Positions 7,640 through 13,362 of a stretch of 13,362 nt of DNA are shown one piece after another (positions within the stretch are counted from its first letter, which is position 1; each line of letters starts with the position of its first letter). The stretch lies in the NCBI GenBank assembly GCA_022844165.1, contig JALHMH010000059.1, positions 1 through 13,362 of the forward strand, read 5' to 3'. The stretch is from Lysobacterales bacterium (lineage in GTDB: Bacteria; Pseudomonadota; Gammaproteobacteria; Xanthomonadales; SZUA-5). Made by a program: the position numbers and the translations under genes. Below the pieces are notes generated by a model. It was not told where the DNA came from, did not search any database, and saw only the letters and a list, made by a program, of their open reading frames with translations.

Positions 7640-8913
7640 ACGTGCTGCTGGCGACTTTTGCGCTGCTCGCCATTGGCACACGCGCCGGATGGCCGCTACC
7701 GGTCTTAGTGGTGTTACTGCTGCTCGCACACCTGGCATTGCTCGGCTGCTGGCGCGAGCGTTTTTCGCGGCGTCGTTTGATGGCAGGCGCGACGCTCGCG
7801 GGATTGCTCGCGATGGCGGCCGTCCCGGTGGCTGAAGACGATTTTTATCGCTACCAGTGGGACGGCTGGCGCACGCTCAATCATGGCACGCCGTATGGCG
7901 CGGCACCGGCGAATCATTTTGGCGATGAGAGCCTGCCGGCCGCTGCACAAGCCGCGCTCGATGGCGTGAACTATCCCGATACACCCACCATTTATGGGCC
8001 TTTGTTGCAGGCACTGTTTGCGACGTCGTGGCTGCTGGGTGAGAACAGCTTTTGGCCGCTGCGTTCATTGACGCTGGCGCTGCATCTTGCCGCACTCTGG
8101 TTGGTGATGCGTTATGCGTCGCGGCGTGCGCTGGCGCTGGTCGCGCTCAATCCGGCGCTGTATTTCTTCGGTTTCATCAATCTGCATCCGGATATCTTGC
8201 TCGGCTGGCTGTTGTTGTTCGCCTGCATTGCAGCTCGTCGGACGCGAATTGCGACAGTGGGGGCGCTGCTTGGCGCGGCGGTGGCGACCAAAATCAGCGG
8301 GTTGATCGTAGCTCCCCTGCTGCTTGCTGCCGGTGGATTCGGCGCAGCGCTGCGCCGCGGAACGCCTGCGATGCTGGCCGCAATGGTGATGAGTTATGCG
8401 CCGTTTCTCGCATTCGGCGATGCCGCCGGGTTGCTCGCGTTTGGCAAGGAGTGGATCTTCAATCCTGGCGCATTTGCGCTGCTCGCGTTGGCATTCGGTG
8501 CCGATATTGCGCGCCTCATTGGCGCCGCGTTATTGCTCATTCTGGCGACAGCGCTACTGCGCACTCGGCGCGAGAATCTGGCGCGCAGCGCCGTCGTTTT
8601 GTTGTCAGCACTATTGCTGGTGGCACCCGTGGTCAACGCCTGGTACGTGCTGTGGTTGTTGCCGCTGGCAGCGCTCACGCGGGCGCAGACGCCGTTTGCG
8701 CTCGCCGCCGCGCTATCGTTGTCGCTGATGACGCGGGGCGAACTCGGTTTGGCTGGCGATCCGTTCTCCCTCGTGCCCTGGGCCGCAAGCTTGCAATGGT
8801 CGTTGATTGGCATCGCTGTTGCCTTCGATTTCATTCGTTGGCGAAAGGCGCATCAATACGCTCCGGTCTTGTCCGGATCGCATGGAGGCGCGCGCGCTTG
8901 CTCACCGCATTGA
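7636..8913 (+). CDS. Polytopic GT-C fold glycosyltransferase (GT87/DUF2029/MptB-like) (425 aa)
   Basis: GTG at 7636 overlaps the GT2 stop (GTGA). The first extracytoplasmic loop has EDDFYRYQWDG and PTIYGP, followed by ALNP, H-x-D, ATK and PVVNAWYVLWLLP. There are roughly ten hydrophobic segments. Confidence 0.82.
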   Translation: MNVLLATFALLAIGTRAGWPLPVLVVLLLLAHLALLGCWRERFSRRRLMAGATLAGLLAMAAVPVAEDDFYRYQWDGWRTLNHGTPYGAAPANHFGDESLPAAAQAALDGVNYPDTPTIYGPLLQALFATSWLLGENSFWPLRSLTLALHLAALWLVMRYASRRALALVALNPALYFFGFINLHPDILLGWLLLFACIAARRTRIATVGALLGAAVATKISGLIVAPLLLAAGGFGAALRRGTPAMLAAMVMSYAPFLAFGDAAGLLAFGKEWIFNPGAFALLALAFGADIARLIGAALLLILATALLRTRRENLARSAVVLLSALLLVAPVVNAWYVLWLLPLAALTRAQTPFALAAALSLSLMTRGELGLAGDPFSLVPWAASLQWSLIGIAVAFDFIRWRKAHQYAPVLSGSHGGARACSPH

Positions 8914-9959
8914 TCATCGCCACGCTGCTGCTTGCCGCTGCCAATGGCGGCAATGACAACATCAAGGGTGCAGCCACATTGCTCGGCGCGGGGCTGCTGA
9001 CGTATCGACAGGCAATATTCGGCGCGACGATTGCAACTGCAATGGGCGGCCTGATCTCGATTTTGATCGCTCAGGAGTTGCTCGCGTTATTTAGTGGGCG
9101 CGGCATTGTGCCTGATGGTCTGACGTCGACGCCGGCCTTCCTGCTGTCGGTTGCGCTGGCCGCGGGAATCACCGTGGCAATTGCCACCGTAGCAGGATTG
9201 CCGATCTCGACGACGCATGCGCTGGTTGGTGGCCTGCTCGGCGCGGGTCTTGGCAGTAAGGCGGTGGTGAATTTTGTGGCTGCCGCGACCGCGACCGCAT
9301 TGCCGTTGTTGTTGTCGCCGCTGATCGCTATGGCGGCGGCGCTCACGTTGGTGCCGGTTGTGGTTCGTTTGCGGCAGCGCCTGCAACCGCTGTGCGTCTG
9401 CGCCGTGCCGGTCGGCGGACCTGCGGCGAGCGTGGCCCGCGTTGTTGCAGCCAGCGACGATCCGCGCTGCGAAACTGCGCTGGAGCGCAGCGAATTGCGC
9501 CCGGCGAAATTGCTCGATGGCGCGCACCTGCTGAGTGCCAGTGCGGTCAGCTTCGCGCGCGGTCTGAACGACACGCCAAAAATCGCAGCCTTGCTGGTGG
9601 CCAGCGGCGCCGCCGATGTATGGGTCGCGGGCAGTGCGGTGGTGTTGGCGATGAGCTTGGGCGCAATTGCGGCGATTCGCGTCGCGCGCACCATGGCCTT
9701 TAAGGTTACCTCGATCGATGCGCCGCCAGGCCTGGCGGCGAATCTGGTCACCTCGTTTCTGGTGATCGGTGCCTCTCGGTTGGGTTTGCCGGTGTCCACT
9801 ACCCACGTGAGTACCGGTGCATTATTCGGCATTGCTCTTGGGCAACGAAGCGGCAGCCCAAGCGTCATCCGCAATATTCTGCTGGCGTGGTTGGCGACGT
9901 TGCCGATTGCCGCATTGCTGGCGTTCTCCATCGCACAACTTCTGAGGAGCTTTTCATGA
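8898..9959 (+). CDS. PiT/PHO4-family inorganic phosphate/anion transporter, divergent signature (353 aa)
   Basis: TTG start at 8898 with GGAGG at 8884-8888. Duplicated PiT motifs are ANGGNDNIKG / PISTTHALVGGLLGAG and ARGLNDTPK / GLPVSTTHVSTGALFG, with C-terminal AWLATLP. Confidence 0.9.
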   Translation: MLTALIIATLLLAAANGGNDNIKGAATLLGAGLLTYRQAIFGATIATAMGGLISILIAQELLALFSGRGIVPDGLTSTPAFLLSVALAAGITVAIATVAGLPISTTHALVGGLLGAGLGSKAVVNFVAAATATALPLLLSPLIAMAAALTLVPVVVRLRQRLQPLCVCAVPVGGPAASVARVVAASDDPRCETALERSELRPAKLLDGAHLLSASAVSFARGLNDTPKIAALLVASGAADVWVAGSAVVLAMSLGAIAAIRVARTMAFKVTSIDAPPGLAANLVTSFLVIGASRLGLPVSTTHVSTGALFGIALGQRSGSPSVIRNILLAWLATLPIAALLAFSIAQLLRSFS

Positions 9960-10990
9960 TTGCCACCGAATCTCTCGCCGCCATTCGTCATTACTACGGC
10001 AGCGTACTGCAGTCGTCGAGCGATCTGAAGACCGGCGCCTGCTGCACGATCGACGCCATGCCGGCGTATTTGCGTCGACTGTTGGACGACGTGCACCCGG
10101 CCGTTCGCGAGCGTTTCTACGGTTGCGGCTCGCCTCTGCCGCTGGCGCTCGAAGGCATGACGGTGCTCGATCTGGGTTGCGGCAGTGGCCGCGATGCGTA
10201 TCTGTTGTCGCGTCTGGTGGGCGAACGCGGCCGCGTCATCGGCGTCGATATGACGGCCGAGCAACTGGCCGTGGCCCGTGCGCACCTGGATTGGCAGGCA
10301 CAACGCTACGGCTATGCGCAGAGCAACGTCGAGTTCGTCGAAGGTTTCATCGAAGATTTGAGCGCCTGCGGTATCGCCGACGGCAGCGTCGATGTCGTCG
10401 TCAGCAACTGTGTGCTCAATTTGTCGCCGGAGAAACCGCGCGTGTTCCGCGAGATCATGCGCGTGCTCAAACCGGGTGGCGAGTTGTACTTCTCAGACGT
10501 TTTTGCCGATCGCCGCGTGCCTGCGGATCTTGCGCGCAATCCGGTACTGCTCGGCGAATGCCTGGGTGGCGCCATGTACCGCGAGGACTTTCGGCGCCTG
10601 ATGGCGAATGCCGGTTGCAGCGACGTGCGGCGCATCAAGGAATCGCCGATTGCGCTGCACGACGAAGCGATCATCGCCAAGATCGGCATGATCGGTTTCG
10701 CGTCTGTCACCTGGCGCGCTTTCAAGCTGCCGCTGGAAGATCGCTGCGAGGACTTTGGCCAAATCGCGACCTATCGCGGCAGCATCGACGGCGCGCCGCA
10801 TGCCTTTGATCTCGATGACCACCATCATTTCGAAACTGGCCGGCCGCTGCGTGTCTGCGGCAATACCTTCGACATGCTCGCAAGCACGCGTTTTGCCGCG
10901 CATTTCGAACTGGTTGGCGATAAACGCCGTCACTACGGACTATTCGATTGTGCGCCGGCGCCAGTCGCTAACGCCGCCCCTTGCTGCTGA
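9956..10990 (+). CDS. arsM: Arsenite S-adenosylmethionine methyltransferase, long AS3MT-like form (344 aa)
   Basis: ATG 9956 has an ATGA overlap and SD GAGGAG. The SAM motif is VLDLGCGSGRD with IGVDMT. All four As-binding Cys positions are present: DLKTGACC, FYGCG, SNCVLNL, GECLGGA. The protein ends in CC. Confidence 0.9.
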   Translation: MIATESLAAIRHYYGSVLQSSSDLKTGACCTIDAMPAYLRRLLDDVHPAVRERFYGCGSPLPLALEGMTVLDLGCGSGRDAYLLSRLVGERGRVIGVDMTAEQLAVARAHLDWQAQRYGYAQSNVEFVEGFIEDLSACGIADGSVDVVVSNCVLNLSPEKPRVFREIMRVLKPGGELYFSDVFADRRVPADLARNPVLLGECLGGAMYREDFRRLMANAGCSDVRRIKESPIALHDEAIIAKIGMIGFASVTWRAFKLPLEDRCEDFGQIATYRGSIDGAPHAFDLDDHHHFETGRPLRVCGNTFDMLASTRFAAHFELVGDKRRHYGLFDCAPAPVANAAPCC

Positions 10991-10999
10991 GAGCTTGCC

Positions 11000-11950
11000 A
11001 TGCACGACGTCCTGCCGCGCCTTCAGGCGCACCGGTTTCCCGCCATCGAGCGTGAGCGTATCGATACGCTGCAATTGAACTTGGGTTACCTGTGCAATTT
11101 GAGTTGCATCCACTGCCACGTCAACGCCGGGCCGCGGCGCAAAGAATTGATGGATCGGCACACGATGGAATTGGCGTTCGATGTCGCGGCACGCCACGGC
11201 GTAAAGCGTTTCGATCTGACCGGCGGATCGCCGGAAATGAACCCGCACTTTCGCGCTCTGGTGACAGAGGCGATTGCGCGCGGCATTCATGTGATGGATC
11301 GGCTCAACCCGACGATCATGGAAGAGCCGGGTTACGAATGGGTCGGGAGCTTTCTAGCCGAGCAGCGTGTAGAAGTTGTCGCATCGCTGCCGTGTTACAG
11401 CCAGTCGAATGTCGATGAGCAGCGCGGCGACGGCGTCTTCGAATCGTCGATCCGTGCTTTGCAGCAACTGAATGCGCTCGGTTATGGCAGCGATCCGGGC
11501 TTGCCGTTGAACCTGGTGTACAACCCCAACGGCGCCTTCCTGCCGCCCAATCAGCAGAAGCTCGAAGTCGACTACAAGCGCTTGCTCCAGGAGAATTTCG
11601 GTATCCGCTTCAACGCGCTGTTTGCACTCGCCAACATGCCCATCCAGCGCTTTGGGTCGTGGCTCGTATCCAAGGGCAAGTTCGACGAGTACTTGCTAAA
11701 GCTGATCGATGCGCACCGCGACGACAACCTGCCCGGCGTGATGTGTCGCTCGCTACTCAGCGTGGACTACGACGGTTATGTCTTCGACTGCGACTTCAAC
11801 CAGATGCTGCGTTTGTCTGCGAGCGATAGACCCCTGCACTTGCGCGATCTGTTGCAGGCCGAGATCCCGCGCAAAATCGCTGTCGCAGGCCATTGTTTTG
11901 GCTGCACGGCGGGCCAAGGTTCGAGCTGCGGCGGGGCGTTGGCGGCGTAA
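11000..11950 (+). CDS. arsS: Arsenosugar biosynthesis radical SAM protein with DUF3641 C-terminal domain (316 aa)
   Basis: Motifs are LQLNLGYLCNLSCIHCHVNAGP (CxxxCxxC), DLTGGSPEMNP, ASLPCY, LNLVYNP.GAFLPP, NMPI.RF, MCRSLLSVDYDG..DCDFNQML and HCFGCTAGQGSSCGG. It is adjacent to arsM. Confidence 0.93.
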   Translation: MHDVLPRLQAHRFPAIERERIDTLQLNLGYLCNLSCIHCHVNAGPRRKELMDRHTMELAFDVAARHGVKRFDLTGGSPEMNPHFRALVTEAIARGIHVMDRLNPTIMEEPGYEWVGSFLAEQRVEVVASLPCYSQSNVDEQRGDGVFESSIRALQQLNALGYGSDPGLPLNLVYNPNGAFLPPNQQKLEVDYKRLLQENFGIRFNALFALANMPIQRFGSWLVSKGKFDEYLLKLIDAHRDDNLPGVMCRSLLSVDYDGYVFDCDFNQMLRLSASDRPLHLRDLLQAEIPRKIAVAGHCFGCTAGQGSSCGGALAA

Positions 11951-12193
11951 GCGGAACGTGTCTCCGGACGCGGCGTCACCGGGGCCGATCTCTCATGATG
12001 CTCAGGCTGGCGGTGGAATCAGCTGGAGGATATTGAGAGGTCTCACGGGCATGCCGCAGCGCTTGACGTTCACGAACAAATCGCCCGGCACTCTCGGTGA
12101 CATTCATCGCTCCAGTAGAGAAAAGCGCAAGCTGGGCGACGTTTTTGAAGGAAACGTGGTTGACCTTTCGTCGGCACGAAAGCTCAGATTGGA

Positions 12194-12238
12194 AAACCCA
12201 CCGCGATCCGCGCCATCCTCGCCCACTTCGAGGAGCAG
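12194..12238 (+). mobile_element. Possible tiny remnant of an IS91/ISCR-type transposase C-terminus
   Basis: Translates as KPTAIRAILAHFEEQ, which resembles my recollection of the C-terminal EPTAIRAILAHFEK motif of ISCR/IS91 transposases. It is only ~15 codons and unverified. Confidence 0.4.
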
Positions 12239-12298
12239 TTGGCCGCTGGGAAAGGGGGTTCGAATTTCCTATGCTTTCATCTCGTAAGGGGGTGACCT

Positions 12299-12790
12299 AT
12301 GTTTCGTCTTGCACTGATCACGACAATCTGTGTTTCGATGACCGGTTGCGCCACGATGCGCGACCGGCCGACGGTTGAACGAATCGACGATTGGTTCGCA
12401 AAGACCAAGTACGTCATCGAAATCCAGTCCACCCAAACGCCGCAGGAGCTGATGGATGGACTTAAACAAGCGCCCTGTCAGGATGGGACTGTGGACTCGT
12501 CCGGAACGGCGGTCGTTGGACCGAATGCCTACGCACCCGTGAGCGTCAGTGTCCGGTTTTACACGGATTTTGGTACCTATCCTGACGGCAGCCTTTGGGC
12601 ATCGATGAATTCGTCCTCGCTAATGATGCATGACTCGGTCATGGCCGTAAGAGCATTCGCAACGGACACGGGATCGAGGGTTTTGATTACACCAGTCGTG
12701 CGCGAAAAGAACGACGAAATCAAGTCGCAACTTGAAGCCGGCTTGTTGTTGTGCAACTGGCGCCTGTACGTTGATCCCTGGCGCATGTAA
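12299..12790 (+). CDS. Hypothetical lipoprotein (163 aa)
   Basis: SD-like AAGGGGGT upstream, and signal peptide MFRLALITTICVSMTG|C with a lipobox-like MTGC. No family recognised. It appears less GC-rich than the operon. Confidence 0.75.
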   Translation: MFRLALITTICVSMTGCATMRDRPTVERIDDWFAKTKYVIEIQSTQTPQELMDGLKQAPCQDGTVDSSGTAVVGPNAYAPVSVSVRFYTDFGTYPDGSLWASMNSSSLMMHDSVMAVRAFATDTGSRVLITPVVREKNDEIKSQLEAGLLLCNWRLYVDPWRM

Positions 12791-12832
12791 GGCCTAAGCT
12801 CTCGCCGCGGGCGATCGCCGACGCTGCCGCGC

Positions 12833-13135
12833 TCAACCAACGAGCGTTGGCGACGGCTGCCAGGCCACAATTCAACAGGGCAATGTCGCGAGTCAGCAAT
12901 CGGATTCCCTCATCGGTCGCTTGCGCCAGCAACAGCCGGTCGAACGGATCGCTATGGCCAATGCTCAGCCTGCGCAGCGCGTCGATATGTCGCGCATGGA
13001 TCGGCAGCACGACAAATCCCTGCGCCTGCAGCGGCTCGATCAGTGATCCGGACGGCAGAGGCAGTTTGCCCTTGGTGTTCTTGAGGCCATTTCGCACAGG
13101 CTGACGACGCTAACGTAGACCTCGGCGGTCTCGGA
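12833..13135 (-). pseudogene. vapC: PIN-domain (VapC-like) toxin pseudogene, 5'-truncated and frameshifted
   Basis: The minus strand gives EVYVSVVSLCEMA in one frame. After a 1-nt shift near 13085 it continues KNTKGKLPLP...LPIHARH...HSDPFDRLLLAQATDEGIRLLTRD, a typical PIN C-terminal half. The N-terminal LLDT motif and an antitoxin gene are missing. Both ends are approximate. Confidence 0.85.
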
Positions 13136-13140
13136 CGTCG

Positions 13141-13170
13141 TTGCGACCGATGGGCCGCAGCCGCTACAAT
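13141..13170 (+). promoter_or_regulatory. Sigma70 promoter of the tRNA-Gly gene
   Basis: TTGCGA (13141-13146), an 18-bp spacer, then TACAAT (13165-13170). A GC-rich discriminator-like stretch of 11 nt precedes the tRNA. Confidence 0.7.
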
Positions 13171-13181
13171 TCGGGCGGATC

Positions 13182-13255
13182 GCGGGTGTAGTTCAATGGT
13201 AGAACTGTAGCTTCCCAAGCTACTAGCGTGGGTTCGATTCCCATCACCCGCTCCA
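13182..13255 (+). tRNA. tRNA-Gly(CCC)
   Basis: 74 nt. Acceptor stem GCGGGTG/CACCCGC, discriminator T and encoded CCA. D arm GTTC-AATGGTA-GAAC. Anticodon arm GTAGC-TTCCCAA-GCTAC with CCC at 13214-13216. T arm GTGGG-TTCGATT-CCCAT. Confidence 0.98.
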
Positions 13256-13263
13256 CCGCATCA

Positions 13264-13336
13264 TTCTGCGGACTTCCGCAGAAGTCCAAGAGAGTCTGCA
13301 AGTCGTTGCCACACAAAGACTTTTCCTCTCTTTGAC
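13264..13336. repeat. Nested/overlapping inverted repeats immediately 3' of the tRNA
   Basis: TTCTGCGG/CCGCAGAA (13264-13283) overlaps GACTTC/GAAGTC (13271-13286). GTCCAAGAGAG (13284-13294) pairs with CTCTCTTTGAC (13326-13336) with 1 mismatch and encloses AAGTC/GACTT. Confidence 0.7.
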
Positions 13337-13362
13337 GTTCTGCCGCGGTCCACTGCGATCCG

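Noticed and set aside
4042-9955. Longer ORF-track starts (4042, 5536, 5916, 7558, 8052, 9887; also 3407)
   Set aside because: The extensions overlap upstream genes and translate as Arg-rich noise. Internal starts give clean stop-start overlaps, SD sites and signal peptides.
9071-10303. Long minus-strand ORFs (9071-10303, 6833-7738, 1389-2276, 4615-5295)
   Set aside because: They are antisense to well-supported genes, expected in high-GC DNA, and show no recognisable motifs.
11380-11400. Selenocysteine within ArsS
   Set aside because: There is no in-frame TGA in 11000-11950, and the SLPCY cysteine is encoded by TGT.
11951-11990. Rho-independent terminator after arsS
   Set aside because: Only weak GC pairing is present, with no U-tract.
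12104-12114. CATCGCTCCA as a second copy of the tRNA 3' end (att site)
   Set aside because: Only 7 contiguous bases (CGCTCCA) match, and it lies upstream of the tRNA, which is compatible with chance.
1-13362. CRISPR array or regularly spaced DNA repeats
   Set aside because: None were seen by eye. The only internal duplications are at protein level (the DEP pair and the PiT halves).

Overview
GC-rich bacterial window, probably proteobacterial. Its core is a tightly coupled 11-gene + strand operon (1290-11950) ending in arsM-like (As(III) SAM methyltransferase) and arsS-like (arsenosugar radical SAM) genes. Upstream of these lie a DedA/VTT-flavoprotein disulfide reductase fusion, an exported DUF547 protein, a receiver-like protein with two tandem eukaryote-type DEP domains, an exported rhodanese, a small cytochrome-c-like protein with CxxCP, an outer-membrane beta-barrel, a DPM1-like GT2, a GT-C membrane glycosyltransferase and a divergent PiT-family transporter. 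No ArsR, ArsC, ArsB or Acr3 gene is present, so the locus reads as an organoarsenic biosynthesis and envelope-modification system rather than a resistance operon. On the left, a divergent membrane-anchored AraC regulator (missing from the ORF track) runs off the window and looks leaderless. On the right are a possible IS91/ISCR scrap, an orphan lipoprotein, a truncated and frameshifted PIN toxin pseudogene, and tRNA-Gly(CCC) with its promoter, followed by nested inverted repeats resembling an island attachment end. Family calls come from motif recognition only; no searches were run.
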